DNA of 63,406 nucleotides, filler included, from Octopus bimaculoides (lineage: Eukaryota): the NCBI RefSeq assembly GCF_001194135.2. It is 5 parts of 4 records of this genome, joined end to end, with 100 filler letters (N's around TTAATTAATTAA, not from the genome) between each part and the next. Parts side by side here need not be neighbours in the genome. Positions count along the whole stretch, not along the records: positions 1 to 21,950 come from NC_069001.1; 4 more parts are not named here. One strand, 5' to 3'. Below, piece after piece: positions 1 to 14,458 of the stretch (positions are counted from its first letter, which is position 1; each line of letters starts with the position of its first letter). The notes under the pieces are model-generated. The model was not told where the DNA came from and searched no databases. It saw only the letters and a list, made by a program, of their open reading frames with translations. The position numbers and the translations under genes are program-made.

Positions 1-71
<71 letters not shown>

Positions 72-318
72 TCTCTTGGCACTACTAACCCATACACGTT
101 AATATACAGACATATAGACTTACCGATATACGATATACGCACGTACACACACACTGAGTACCACTGACATATGCATACCTGCGTGCACACGGTATAAACG
201 TATTAGGTACATACATACATACATACATACATATATACACTTTCCCCACTTAAATATTAATAAATATAAGCACAAACGTACACACTATTCCATAACGATA
301 TAAGCTGAAGCACACCCT

Positions 319-466
319 GCCTTGTACTGTTTCATTTCAGCCACATACAGTCACATTCCATACTATGTACCCAACCACACACACGACCACACGCTACCAG
401 ACAGATACTACCACGCACACACACATGTAGACGCAAGCATGCATGCACATACATACAAACACGCAN
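319..466. repeat. Block duplicated at ~1739-1876, both copies abutting N gaps
   Basis: Identical run tgtttcatttcagccacatacagtcacattcc...catacatacaaacacgca at both places. Confidence 0.85.
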
Positions 467-1100
467 NNNNNNNNNTATATATATATATATATACACATAA
501 ATATATTTGTATGTATGTATGTATATATGTACATATGTACATTCACACACAAGGCACAGTCGCACATATACATATAACGTTTACCCTCCGTCACATAATC
601 ACAGAATAAGCACAAACACACACACACACACACAAATACATACATACACACATACGCATACATAACATTTAGTTCCCTCTCATAATCACAGAATAGACAC
701 AAAGACACAAACACACACACACAAATACACATATACACACGCACGCGCACACACACATATATAAACACACACAAACACACAGACATAAACATGCAGTGTC
801 ACTGACACGTACAGGTAAACAACAGAAGCGTGCTTAAACACACGGACATACACGCGCACACAAACATACAGACACACACATGCATGCACACACATACACA
901 CCGGTGTACCTACTAACCTTGTATCAAGTGGAGGTGACTCAAATATAAATCCATTATTACATAATGCATACACACGGCTCTGGCGTGCGTATATAAACTT
1001 ATGTCTACATACACGCAAACATATACGCTCGTGTTTTCTTATAGCAATATACCATGCACACGCGCCGAAAATTAACCTAGCACACAGATATCTGTGTGTA

Positions 1101-1144
<44 letters not shown>

Positions 1145-1221
1145 TATGTATATCATCATCAACATCATCATCTTCATCATGATCATCATCAACTTCGTTG
1201 TCGTCGTCGTCGTCGTCGTCG

Positions 1222-1259
<38 letters not shown>

Positions 1260-2014
1260 GTCATTGTCGTCGTGGGACAGTGATATACACTGATAAATAT
1301 ACACAAAGACTGCCCTCTCCACAATCACACACACACACACACACNNNNNNNNNNNNNNNNNNNNNNNNNNNNNNNNNNNNNNNNNNNNNNNNNNNNNNNN
1401 NNNNNNNNNNNNNNNNNNNNNNNNNNNNNNNNNNNNNNNNNNNNNNNNNNNNNNNNNNNNNNNNNNNNNNNNNNNNNNNNNNNNNNNNNNNNNNNNNNNN
1501 NNNNNNNNNNNNNNNNNNNNNNNNNNNNNNNNNNNNNNNNNNNNNNNNNNNNNNNNNNNNNNNNNNNNNNNNNNNNNNNNNNNNNNNNNNNNNNNNNNNN
1601 NNNNNNNNNNNNNNNNNNNNNNNNNNNNNNNNNNNNNNNNNNNNNNNNNNNNNNNNNNNNNNNNNNNNNNNNNNNNNNNNNNNNNNNNNNNNNNNNNNNN
1701 NNNNNNNNNNNNNNNNNNNNNNNNNNNNNNNNNNNNNNTGTTTCATTTCAGCCACATACAGTCACATTCCATACTATGTACCCAACCACACACACGACCA
1801 CACGCTACCAGACAGATACTACCACGCACACACACATGTAGACGCAAGCATGCATGCACATACATACAAACACGCACAGACTCATACACACGCAGAGACT
1901 CCCCACACACACACAGACACACACAAGCCGATACACATATACATACATACGTACACACACACACACAGATACATACGCAGAGACACGCACAAACCCAAAC
2001 ACACGTACGCACAT

Positions 2015-2062
<48 letters not shown>

Positions 2063-2474
2063 TTTCTACATATATTGCGAAATACAAGCACATACACACA
2101 CTACCATATACGCACTGCCTCACTCAACCATGGACACAATGCAACACACTACGTCTTACCACACATACATATATACTAACACAAATGCTACCATACACAA
2201 CCACTCATATACTACTACATACACACATACACTGTCATAAACAATCTCACATATACTGTCACATTCACACGCAACTTCAAGCACACTACCACACGCACAC
2301 AATACCATATACAACCTCAACACATTCGCATGTACAGACACCACCATACACTACCTGACACATACTACAACGCATACTACACTACAACATGCACTACAAC
2401 AAACCACATCGCCCGTTTCACATACACAGACACGACTGCATGCACATTACATGCCTCACGCTTTCCTATACGCT

Positions 2475-2521
<47 letters not shown>

Positions 2522-3104
2522 TAACATATGTGTAACTGCTCACACTACAACACTTACTACAGCACACGTTGGGACTAACTCATTCATACACACATTACAG
2601 TATTACACACATCCGAACACACACAGACAGTGACACATCAGTGATCAATATTATCCAACAAACACTATTGGGTAATATGAATCACGTGACCTCTCTACCT
2701 TGGACACTCTTTTCTTTTAGTATTATTTCTTTCTCTACTTGGAATCGATAGTTCTAACTCTTGATGTCATTAACGCTGTTGTTGTTGTTGTTGTTGTTAT
2801 GATTCTTGTTATTACTTTTGTGGTGGTACATGTTATTATTGTTGTGATTATTACTGTTGTTGTTGTGGTGGTGGTGTGATGTGGTGGAGGTAGTAGTTAT
2901 TGGTATTGCCGTCCTGTTAATTAGGAGTGTTGTTACGGACATTGTGGATACTACTGATCATTACTGATAGTGTTCTGATTATTACTCTATGGTTATCATC
3001 GATGTTGTTATTACTCTTGTTTGGGTTATTACTGATGTTGTTGTAGTTATTACTTGTAGTGGCTATTTCTGACATTACTTCGGTTAATACGGTTATGGTA
3101 GCGA

Positions 3105-3500
3105 CGGTGATTACTGAGGTAGTGGTTATCACAGATGTTGTAGAGGTTATTACTGATGTTGTAGTGGTTATTACTGATGTTGTAGAGGTTATTACTGATG
3201 TTGTAGAGGTTATTACTGATGTTGTAGAGGTTATTACTGATGTTGTAGAGGTTATTACTGATGTTGTAGAGGTTATTACTGATGTTGTAGAGGTTATTAC
3301 TGATGTTGTAGAGGTTATTACTGATGTTGTAGAGGTTATTACTGATGTTGTAGAGGTTATTACTGATGTTGTAGAGGTTATTACTGATGTTGTAGAGGTT
3401 ATCACAGATGTTGTAGAGGTTATTACTGATGTTGTAGAGGTTATCACTGATGTTGTAGAGGTTATTACTGATGTTGTAGTGGTTATTACCGGTGTTGTAA
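3105..3500. repeat. 21-bp minisatellite (GAGGTTATTACTGATGTTGTA)n, about 18 units
   Basis: Units read directly; 7-codon period in ORFs (VEVITDV / TSVITST); decayed units flank it at ~2930-3105 and ~3500-3760. Confidence 0.95.
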
Positions 3501-3779
3501 TGTATGTATATTATAACTGATACTGCAGTGTATTACTTTTGCTGTGATAGTGGTTATTTCTATGTTTTGGTGGTCATTACTGCTGTGAAGCGGTGTATAT
3601 TGCTGTGGTTGTTGTTTTGGTGGTTATTACTCTCATGTGATGGTTATTACAGTTGCTTATTTTGGCTGCTATTGGTTTGGTGGTTATTAGTGTTACGCCG
3701 TTTCGCTGGTTTATTGCTATAGCTGTTCTTCTGGTCGTTTTTACTCTTACTGTTGCTGTAGTTATTATTGTAATAAATG

Positions 3780-4460
3780 CTCAATTACACTCTTATACCA
3801 TTTGGTTGGTTTAGAGACAAAAAACCTCCCTGCACCCGTTTTCAATATCATCCACATTGTTGATCCTCACTCCACGCAAGAAATCATCCGTGGCTCGGAA
3901 AAGATGGTAATTTGATGGTGCAAGGTCTGGACTGTAGGTAGGGTGAGGAAGCACTTCCACACCCTCAAGTTTTTACTTGGTTACTTTGGCAGAGAGTACT
4001 GGGGAATTGTCATGCTGTAGGAGTGCACATCTTCGATTGAGCAATGCCAGGCAGAGACTGCTTTCAAAGCAGCATATACTCGCTGCAGTTGTTGAGCATA
4101 AAGGTTAGCACTCACAAGGCTCATCTGAGACAAGCTCAAAGTTCAACACTCTTCGAAATTCCACCAAACACATAACATGACGTCCTGTTTAAATCGCATT
4201 TGTTTGATAACAGATTCTGAAGCCTGTCCGGAATGAAGCCACTGATCTTTCTTATTAGGATTACGAAAGTAGATACATTTTCAACCCCAGTAACGATTCA
4301 ACGCCCAAAACAGGTATCTCGAGGATTTACCAGCAGTTGTTTGCAAACGTCCACACGTCGATGAACCTAGTCAAGGTTGTGGTCAATGAAGAGAGTAAAC
4401 GTGATGCCAATAGTAACCGGTGCACATGGAAGTATCGGCACTCAACTACCAACATGGCAC
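3780..4460 (-). mobile_element. Decayed Tc1/mariner (mariner-type) transposase fragment
   Basis: Minus-strand translation with frameshifts and stops gives RIVTG.E-like segment, VMLCVWWNF, LQHDN, EVLPHPTYSPDLAPSNYHLFR; YSPDLAP is the mariner signature. Confidence 0.9.
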
Positions 4461-4628
4461 AAAAAGATTGGTACAAATGAAAAGATAGAAAACCTACAAA
4501 AAGCAGCATAGCTTGGAACTGCAGGAAGCGTAACCAGTATATATGCATATATATATATATATATATACACATTTATATATACCTATATACATATACATAT
4601 ATGTATATATACATATATATATATAAAC

Positions 4629-4670
<42 letters not shown>

Positions 4671-4946
4671 AATGAGTATATGCATATATACGTACATGTA
4701 TGCGCATACCTACATCTACCTGTATATATAGATGCATATCTGGGTACAGGACGTTGCAAACAAAACGTAGACAAAAAAATAATAACCAGAGTACAGAAAA
4801 CACACAGGCCACAAAGAGGGAGAGAGATGTGTGAGTAAGTAGTTTTGTATAAAAAAAACAGTTATATATTATATGCATAATCAATGTATGGAAATACGTA
4901 TATTAATGATTATGTGTTTTGTTGTTATTATCTAATCCCCTAAAAC

Positions 4947-5145
4947 CCGATGAGTTGGCAGAATCGTTAGCTTTGCAGCATTTCATCGGTCTTTACGTTC
5001 TGGGCTCAAATTCTGCCGAGGTTGACTTTGCCTTTCATCCTTTCGAGGTCGATAAAGTAAATACCAGTTGAACACCGGGATTGATGTAATCTACTTATCC
5101 GATCCCACAAAATTGCTGGCCTTGTGCCGTAATTTGAAATCAATA
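4947..5145 (+). mobile_element. SINE family A (tRNA-derived)
   Basis: Shares GAGCTGGCAGAATCGTTAG head, GGTCGACTTTGCCTTTCATCCTTTCGGGGTCGATAAA body and GGCCTTGTG tail with at least 9 other copies in the window. Confidence 0.85.
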
Positions 5146-5510
5146 TTTTCTACGCTAACTAAAGACTGATGTTTGTACGGAGAGTAAAACAAAACGACAT
5201 TGAGGATTCTTAAATATAATTACTATCATTTTTCTGGTTGTTGTCAACAGTAACAAAAAGGATATAAAAAGCTGTTGTGGATGTAAGGATTAACTCTTCA
5301 CTTTTTAAAATATTATCTCAGAGGATTGTCAATGGAAGTCCTGAAATCTAATTGCTTGGATTGATTATAATAAAAGCATTTGATAATATTCCACGCAAGC
5401 CCAATAATGCAACCCTTTGAAATAAAACAGAATAGTTTCAATAGTTAATTTTTTTAAAGCCAATACAAATAGCCCCTCTTTATCCCATTCTCAATATTTC
5501 TGTTTCTCTC

Positions 5511-5542
<32 letters not shown>

Positions 5543-5631
5543 NNNNNNNNNNNNNNNNNNNNNNNNNNNNNNNNNNNNNNNNNNNNNNNNNNNNNNNNNN
5601 NNNNNNNNNNNNNNNNNNNNNNNNNNNNNNN

Positions 5632-5682
<51 letters not shown>

Positions 5683-7315
5683 TCTTAATACACGCACCTA
5701 AGAATTCATACAAATACACACTCACATATATCCTCTTCTCTCTCTCCATCCCTTCCTTTCTGTTTCTCTCTCTCCCCCTCTCTCTCTCTTACTCTCTCTC
5801 GCTTTCAGTCTCTCTCAAAAAATGCTTGTAATTAGTTATTAAATCTTCCACTGGAATTTTAATAACTACTAAAATCAGTATAAACCGAATTATCTTCTAA
5901 CGAGTTTCTTTTTCCATATAATTGTTGTTTCATTGTTCTTCCTCTCTTGCTCTAAATAGATGAAGAATTATGACCGAACATTTTATCACTTCCCTCCATC
6001 GAACCATTAATTCAAAGGAACGAGAGTGAGCTCTTTGAAATGACACTGACCTTGACAATAGAATTGCGAGTTTGGTCCAGATAAATGTCTTAAAACTTCT
6101 GCCAAAAGTATGCATCATCGGCAAATTTCACAAATGTCCTTGATGATTTGGCAGAAAAAAAAAAAAAAAGGTGAAGTATTGAGTTAATTCCCTTCTGCAG
6201 CGACCACCTGGTCATGAATCAGTACCAACCCGTGTGCGTGTATTAGGACGTATTAGTGTACGATATTGGTAGTAATATAAAGTGGTGCAGTTTGGCAATA
6301 TTGGTTTCAAATTTTGGCACATCTCCTTGAGATCTACGTTAAGGCTACGCGTGTCTGTGGAGTGCTCACGTTGATTTCACGAGCAGGCTGCTCCCTTGAT
6401 CAGATCAACTGGAATCTTCGTTGTCGCAACCGAAAGAGTGCCAGTCATATATGTATGTATATATGTATGTATATATGTATGTATATATGTATGTAATGTA
6501 TGCATTAGTTGACCAATTTCTAGTAAAACAGTATAACATGTATTTACTGATGAAATTCATTTAGCAGAGTAAAATTTATTAACGTTTCTGACTTCACTAT
6601 GTCTTCAACTTTCGCCTTTTCTAGACGTGTGTATGTGTGCGTGTTTGTATACACACTCATGCTAACACATAACAATACATGCACATACATACATGCATAC
6701 ATACATACATACATACATACATACATACATACATAACAAACGTATGTACAGAACCTCATACGCACGCACAAGTCTCTACCGCCACCACTCTTCCATACTA
6801 CCACTATCACGCGCGCGCGTGCAGCAACCTAAATTCATAATCTGTTTATGCAATGAATACCAAGTAATGAAATATGGGTCACATGTTACGACATTCATTG
6901 TAAATGTGGGTCACATGTTATGATTTTCATTGTAAAGGAACCTGGATATTTTTAGTAATTTCATGTCTATTTTTATTTTCAATAGGACTAACCTTCAACA
7001 TACTTTCATAACACATTATCTGCTAGGGCTGTGTGAGAAAAAAACAAAAAAAAACAACAAAAAAAAACAACTCATGTGTCATATGTAATACTTGTACGGC
7101 TTTGCAGTCTATATAAACATGTTAGAATAGTAACCAGATCTTAGATCTATAAATTTAAAATAGAATTACTTAAAAAGTGATTGTCCTACAGATAATGTAT
7201 TTCTAAGATATGAAAATAGATAGGCATCTCAGGTCAACTAGGATTAAACAGCAATAACCAGATTTACTATATAGTAGATTTAATACATATATGTTACACT
7301 ATTTTGACATACATA

Positions 7316-7730
7316 GGCGCAAGAGAGGCTGTGTGGTAAGAAGCTTCACATGGTTCCGGGTTCAGTCCAACTGCGCGGCACCTTGGGCAAATTTCTTCTA
7401 GTATAGCCTCGGGCCAATCAAAGCCTTGGTTGACGGAAACTGAAAGAAGCTCGTCGTATGTGTGTGTGTGTGTGTGTGAGTGAGTGAGTGTGTGTATGTA
7501 TGTATGTATCTCTGTGTCTGTGTTTGTCCCCCTTACCACCATCGCTTGACAACCGATGTTGGCGTGTTTACGTTCCCGTAACTTAGTGGTTCGAAAAGAG
7601 ACACCGATAGAATAAGTACTAGACTTCCAAAGAATAAGTCCTGGGGTCGATTTCTTCGACTAAAGGAGGTTCTCCAGCATGGCCGCAGTGAAATGACTGA
7701 AACAAGTAAAATAATAAACGAATAAAAGAA
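7316..7730 (+). mobile_element. SINE family B, near full length (tRNA head, CORE-like CACCTTGGGCAA body, internal microsatellite)
   Basis: A/B-box-like TGGCTGTGTGG...GGGTTCAGTCC; tail CTCCAGCATGGCCGCAG...TGACTGAAACAAGTAAAA; many copies in window. Confidence 0.85.
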
Positions 7731-7870
7731 AACTAAATATTCTCTATGTACAATACAACAACGACCCGCTAGAAAATGGCAGACAAACACTCTTGCCCTG
7801 TCGTTTTTAAAAAGGAAGTATACATGAGATGAAGTATACCTTTTAACATAAGTGTGGATCATATATACGT

Positions 7871-7908
<38 letters not shown>

Positions 7909-8159
7909 GTGTGTGTATGTGTGTGCATATATATATATATATATATAGTTCCGAAGGGAATCATTTCTATGTACTTAAATGCTTTCCGAAATAAACATAC
8001 ACTTCATTTTAACAGCTACGAGGAATCTATAAAACGTTGCACAAGCACTCAGCTCTGAGTGTACTGCTTCACTTAACAAAAACAACTGTGATCTAACGAA
8101 GTTAATTACGTAACTCCTGTTTTCTTCTCATTTAATAATTCATATTCTTCTTTGCAAAA

Positions 8160-8350
8160 GGCGGCGAGCTGGCAGAATTATCAGCACTCGGGCAAAAGTG
8201 TTCAGTAGCGTTTCGCCCGTCTTTACCTTCCGAGTTCAAAATCCGCCGAGGTCGATTATTCCGTTCATCCTTTTGGCATCGATAAAAAATGTAAATCGAT
8301 TTACCAACTCTTCTAAAACTGCGGGCCTTGTGCTGAAATTTGATACCAAT
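8160..8350 (+). mobile_element. SINE family A
   Basis: GGCGGCGAGCTGGCAGAA head, GAGTTCAAAATCC B-box-like, same tail. Confidence 0.85.
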
Positions 8351-8580
8351 ATTATCTTTGTCCTCACTTAACAAGTCATTCTAAACCATATGTATGTCTG
8401 CTGAGTTCTAACAACTAGTTATTAGTATCGCTATGTCTAAGCGAAATCCTAATACATATACATACATACATATGTGCGTATATAATTGTACATATATATA
8501 TATATATATATATAAAGAGAGAGAGAGAGAGAGAGAGAGAGATACATACATATGTGTGTGTGTATATATTCTACAAGCTG

Positions 8581-8632
<52 letters not shown>

Positions 8633-8901
8633 TCTCTGTTTATATCTTTAGTATCGTCCTTTACTTTTCTAAATACGTGGCCCTATCTATCTCTGTTAAA
8701 ACCGATCTCTCTCTCCCCTTGCATCCCTTTCTGTCTCTCTTTCTCTGTCTCTTTGTTCTTATACGCCATCTTCACTTTACACAAAATACGCCATATTGAT
8801 TCCACAAGCAGATAGCTCTTAGTGACATAATCGGTTCCATCTTGCTTCAAACTAAGCACATACACAATCATACAGACACTTCACTTATTCACACACACAC
8901 A

Positions 8902-8944
<43 letters not shown>

Positions 8945-10204
8945 ACGATTGAGAGAAAGAAAATGTGCATGTGTCTACTAGTTAAACGGTACAGTTGATA
9001 TATCTGGAGCGTTTGAATGTCACCTTTACTGAACGAATGACTATGCACACACACACACATGCACACGNNNNNNNNNNNNNNNNNNNNNNNNNNNNNNNNN
9101 NNNNNNNNNNNNNNNNNNNNNNNNNNNNNNNNNNNNNNNNNNNNNNNNNNNNNNNNNNNNNNNNNNNNNNNNNNNNNNNNNNNNNNNNNNNNNNNNNNNN
9201 NNNNNNNNNNNNNNNNNNNNNNNNNNNNNNNNNNNNNNNNNNNNNNNNNNNNNNNNNNNNNNNNNNNNNNNNNNNNNNNNNNNNNNNNNNNNNNNNNNNN
9301 NNNNNNNNNNNNNNNNNNNNNNNNNNNNNNNNNNNNNNNNNNNNNNNNNNNNNNNNNNNNNNNNNNNNNNNTATATATATCAGTGTGTATATTTATATTT
9401 GTGTGTATATTATATGTGTGTAAGTGTGTCTACACATACCGAAAGAGAGAGAGAGAGAGAAATGGGCAGAGAGAGTGACTGAGAGACAAAAGATAGGTTG
9501 ATATGAGTATGTGCGTACAGAGATGTGTATCTACGACTGTGTCTGTTTGTCGGTACGAGTGTGTGTATGTCTGTACAAGTGAGAGCATTTTTACGACTGG
9601 TAAAGATACGCTAGCTGAAGTGTTAGTACGTCTTAAAGTTCATGGAAAGTATTTTGACACCTGTTTGTAATCTAAATATATTAATTAAATTAATAATATG
9701 AAGTGTTGCTAATTGCTAGACTCGAAACTGTGAATAAGACGTCATCAAAGCTTTACTTCAATTGAATGCCACACACTCTCTTTACAATAAAGTTATCTAT
9801 GAACTATTAGCATGGCTGACACTAGATTCCACTTCAAGTTCTTCTTGATGTTCTCCAATAATTGTCTGCGATTCAGCTTCCGCATAGTTTCTGTCAACCA
9901 AATTTCATTCCCAAGTGTTTCATCAACGAGTCTGTGTGAGAAAGCATATGCCCGAAGTTCAACGTACTGAGATCAAATCCCAAACCACTTCGTCGGCAAG
10001 CCAACTTCTTGACCACACAGCTAGGAAATGGTTTGGTCTAACTGGAATATCAGTTGTGTGGACTGCATATAGTCGTTTGGTCGCCTGAGTGAGTATCGAT
10101 CAGAGTTGAGCAACAACATCAGCAACAACAGTGATAAAACAGCATAAATAAATATCAATATCATGTACATCAATAACAACATCAACAACAAATCAGCAAC
10201 AAAA

Positions 10205-10510
10205 AAAACTGACACTCTTTCGGTTACGATGTTGACCAGGGTTTCAGTTGATCCGATCAACGGAACTTCACGTGAACATGGCTGAGCACTCCACTGACAA
10301 CGGAGTCCTCGGAGAGATTCAACGTGACTCAGAATGTGACAACGCTGGCCTTTTGAATTACAGGTAAAACTCATTTTAACCAGATAAATGAACCGAAACA
10401 GCGGGAAATAAAGTGTCTTGCTCAAGGACACAACGCACCACCGGGAATCGAACTCAGGACCTTACGATCGTGTGTGGAATACCCCAACCACTGAGCCACG
10501 CTCCTTCACA
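10205..10510 (-). mobile_element. SINE family C (tRNA head, CORE-like GTGTCCTTGAGCAAGACAC body)
   Basis: Reverse complement matches copies at 15843-16155 and 41862-42165; TGGCTCAGTGG A box and GAGTTCGATTCC B box. Confidence 0.85.
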
Positions 10511-11147
10511 TGTAACAATAACAACACATTTGACGCTCCTTCTGATAAGGGGTGCACCCAGGCTTCAATGACACACTTATGATAACTGCATGAAACTACG
10601 GTACGGATGTAATTGTGTAGTTACCTCTTTTCACACACACAAAGCAACATCTTGACAACAGGCTGTGCNNNNNNNNNNNNNNNNNNNNNNNNNNNNNNNN
10701 NNNNNNNNNNNNNNNNNNNNNNNNNNNNNNNNNNNNNNNNNNNNNNNNNNNNNNNNNNNNNNNNNNNNNNNNNNNNNNNNNNNNNNNNNNNNNNNNNNNN
10801 NNNNNNNNNNNNNNNNNNNNNNNNNNNNNNNNNNNNNNNNNNNNNNNNNNNNNNNNNNNNNNNNNNNNNNNNNNNNNNNNNNNNNNNNNNNNNNNNNNNN
10901 NNNNNNNNNNNNNNNNNNNNNNNNNNNNNNNNNNNNNNNNNNNNNNNNNNNNNNNNNNNNNNNNNNNNNNNNNNNNNNNNNNNNNNNNNNNNNNNNNNNN
11001 NNNNNNNNNNNNNNNNNNNNNNNNNNNNNNNNNNNNNNNNNNNNNNNNNNNNNNNNNNNNNNNNNNNNNNNNNNNNNNNNNNNNNNNNNNNNNNNNNNNN
11101 NNNNNNNNNNNNNNNNNNNNNNNNNNNNNNNNNNNNNNNNNNNNNNN

Positions 11148-11187
<40 letters not shown>

Positions 11188-12514
11188 GCTCACACACACA
11201 CACACACACACACGCGCGCACACATATATGCGCACGTACATGCATACATGTTTGTGTGTATGTGTTCATTGACCGACAACACAGCGTTAAGGAGAGCATT
11301 TGATTAAGTATGTTTGTTCTGTCTGTGTGAAGTCAAAAGAAGTGAAATTAACTGTATATAGATAGGTAAAGGTTGAAAAACAGAGCAGCAGCAAAGCAGA
11401 AACGACAAAATATCAATAACAGACACAGCTATCAGTTATAAAATTCACCACTAATACTGATAGATGTTTGTCTAAGACAATCAATACATAATTTTATACC
11501 CTCCTTTCCCATTGCATGTCTATATGGGTGTGTAAGTAACGATACATAGATACATACATACATACATACATCATTTCCTGTTCTCTTGTCATTATATAAT
11601 CTCTTATTACGCTCTGTACTCGATTAACACTTTTCTCTGAAGCATAGGTATAGATATATTTATATGTATATGTGTGTTTGCGTACATATACATATATGAG
11701 ACAACAGTGGATAATCTAAGAGAAATTCATTTATTATTTTTAGCAGGTTGAATGACCATACAGAAGCTCTCTAGTTGACAGTATTAATATAGTTTAATAT
11801 GTTTTTGCTAATAACACATCATATCGTATAACATATCTTTATGTATATTTTCGTATTTCGAAGTAAGTAGTAATATTACAATTAACACTTTTTTCAACAT
11901 ATTAACGGTTACTGAAACATCGTATGTTTCATATTTGCTAGCAGCACCTGGGGAAATTCTACATTTGTTTTGAAAACTGTATGATGGATGAGAATTTAAT
12001 GAGAACCACGAAATAAATAATTTCTTTTGAAATTGTGCTTTTTTTTTTGTCTTTTTCATCTGAAACAAACGATATACAAGTTCACACAGGTTGTAATTGA
12101 AGGCACAGTCGGAGGAGAGAACATATCCGAAAGCTTTAGCCTTTATTAAACACTTGTCATTCTTCTACCTTAAGAGGTGCTATCTATTATTTTTCACTTT
12201 ACCTCAAGAAATGAACTATCTTATCTATGAAACGAAACAGAAGACAATCTATCTTTTGTATTACTCTGCTTATATCCAGCCAGTCAGTAAAGTTTCTTCA
12301 AGTTTTAATTCGCAACAATCTGAGAATAATTTTCTTTCATGAAACAAATATTTCAACGTTATAATTATTGATATTTAATTAAATTCAGTCTGACATGAAG
12401 CCTTATATCTCAAAAAACTTAATGGCTGGACCGAAACCCATAATCCCAGTGAACGAAATATAGTAGTTGCTCCAATGAACTTTGAAGTCTAAGAAAACAT
12501 CATACCAGTAATAT

Positions 12515-12830
12515 AGGCGCTGACATAACACTATGGTAAAATGTTGTGCTAGGAAGCCATGTGGCTCTAGGTTCGGTTCCAGTGCATGCCGTCTTAAGCA
12601 ATTTTCTACAGTAGCTTGTATGAAAGCCTGTCACATGTGTGTGTGTGTGTTTAACTGCATATGTGGTTAAGTTTATGCTGCTTAAAAACCGGTGATGCTT
12701 ATGTCTCGTAACATAGCAGTTCGACAAACACGCATGGGTAAAATAAGTCCAATACTTAAAAATATTTATTGGGCTCAATATACTTGAGCCCAATAAATAT
12801 TCACCCCCCCCTAAAAAAAATTCAGGTCTT
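12515..12830 (+). mobile_element. SINE family B, decayed
   Basis: GGTTCGGTTCCAGTGC head, internal (TG)n, CTTAAAAACCGGTGATGC-like tail. Confidence 0.6.
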
Positions 12831-13772
12831 GAGCCTATAGTAAAAAGGGTTGGTTATTAGAGCACTGTATACAGAGAAGGGAACAGAATAATTATGTTGA
12901 AAAACATATAAAAAGTTTGATTTAGCTGCTGATGATTGATTTCGCTAAAGCGCAAGACTGACTATTTAAAAAATTAGTTCACTAATGAAATACTACACTC
13001 TTCGTCGTCTCCATCTTCATTAACCAATATCTCTGCCGATGACACCACTCTGATAGCTAGTACAGTTCTCTGTCTTTTACATATGTGTATATGTGGTTAT
13101 ATGTCTGTAGCATTCCTTTTTCTTCTACTCTCACCGCTACTACATTCCCCGATAAATACTCTTCTCTGTGAGTTTGTTTCTTTCTTTCTCCTCCACCTCT
13201 CACTCTCTCTCTCTCTTTGAATCTCTTTTCAACTAACCATTTCGCAGCGTAACGTACGTACACAAGCATAATAATATTATAGATAGATACTGAGTTACAG
13301 AATGTATTTTTAACGCGTTTGCTAAATTTTATAGCTCTGTACAAGAAAATCAAAAAAACAAAACAAAATGGTGGTTATATCAGCGTATATATATGTCAAT
13401 AATGGTAGTATGTATATATATATATTCTTTTACTTTAGAACCGAAAAAGAAATAAAAGGAGAAAATGTTTTCTTACATACAAGGTAAAGATAAGAAAAAT
13501 TAGAAAGCTAAAAAATTTTCTGACCTTTGCTGATAGTATTTTTATATTTATAAGTTGGTTTTCTTTTTCTGTTTATTCCCAGCGAGTTCTATGTAACCGA
13601 TTAGAATTAAATGCAAGTTCTTTCAAGTCTTCGGGGTTATGGCTTGGAAAATGGACAACAGTCACGTAAAGAATGGTTGTGAAAGTGGAATCTGCGTTAT
13701 TTGTATTGTATTTTGTTTTGCCCCAAAATAGGTAGATAGATCCAGATAAAGATAGAAAGATAGTTAGATCTA

Positions 13773-13841
<69 letters not shown>

Positions 13842-14335
13842 GTCTGTCTGTCTCTCTGTCTAGTTAGACTCTTTGTTAAACTGTCTGTATGTGCTCACTA
13901 AATATNNNNNNNNNNNNNNNNNNNNNNNNNNNNNNNNNNNNNNNNNNNNNNNNNNNNNNNNNNNNNNNNNNNNNNNNNNNNNNNNNNNNNNNNNNNNNNN
14001 NNNNNNNNNNNNNNNNNNNNNNNNNNNNNNNNNNNNNNNNNNNNNNNNNNNNNNNNNNNNNNNNNNNNNNNNNNNNNNNNNNNNNNNNNNNNNNNNNNNN
14101 NNNNNNNNNNNNNNNNNNNNNNNNNNNNNNNNNNNNNNNNNNNNNNNNNNNNNNNNNNNNNNNNNNNNNNNNNNNNNNNNNNNNNNNNNNNNNNNNNNNN
14201 NNNNNNNNNNNNNNNNNNNNNNNNNNNNNNNNNNNNNNNNNNNNNNNNNNNNNNNNNNNNNNNNNNNNNNNNNNNNNNNNNNNNNNNNNNNNNNNNNNNN
14301 NNNNNNNNNNNNNNNNATATATATATATATATATA

Positions 14336-14458
14336 TACGACGAGCTTCTTTCAGTTTCCGTCTACCAAATCCATTCACAAGGCTTTGGTCGGCCCGAGGC
14401 TATAGTAAAAGACACATACCCAAGGTGCCACGCAGTGGGACTGAACCCGGAACCATGT
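14336..14458 (-). mobile_element. SINE family B, partial
   Basis: CTTCTTTCAGTTTCCGTCTACCAAATCC...CCAAGGTGCCACGCAGTGGGACTGAACCCGG. Confidence 0.85.

Noticed and set aside
6060-6150. VKFADD on the minus strand as a CR1/L2 RT motif
   Set aside because: Isolated 5-residue match followed by a stop; the flanks do not fit.
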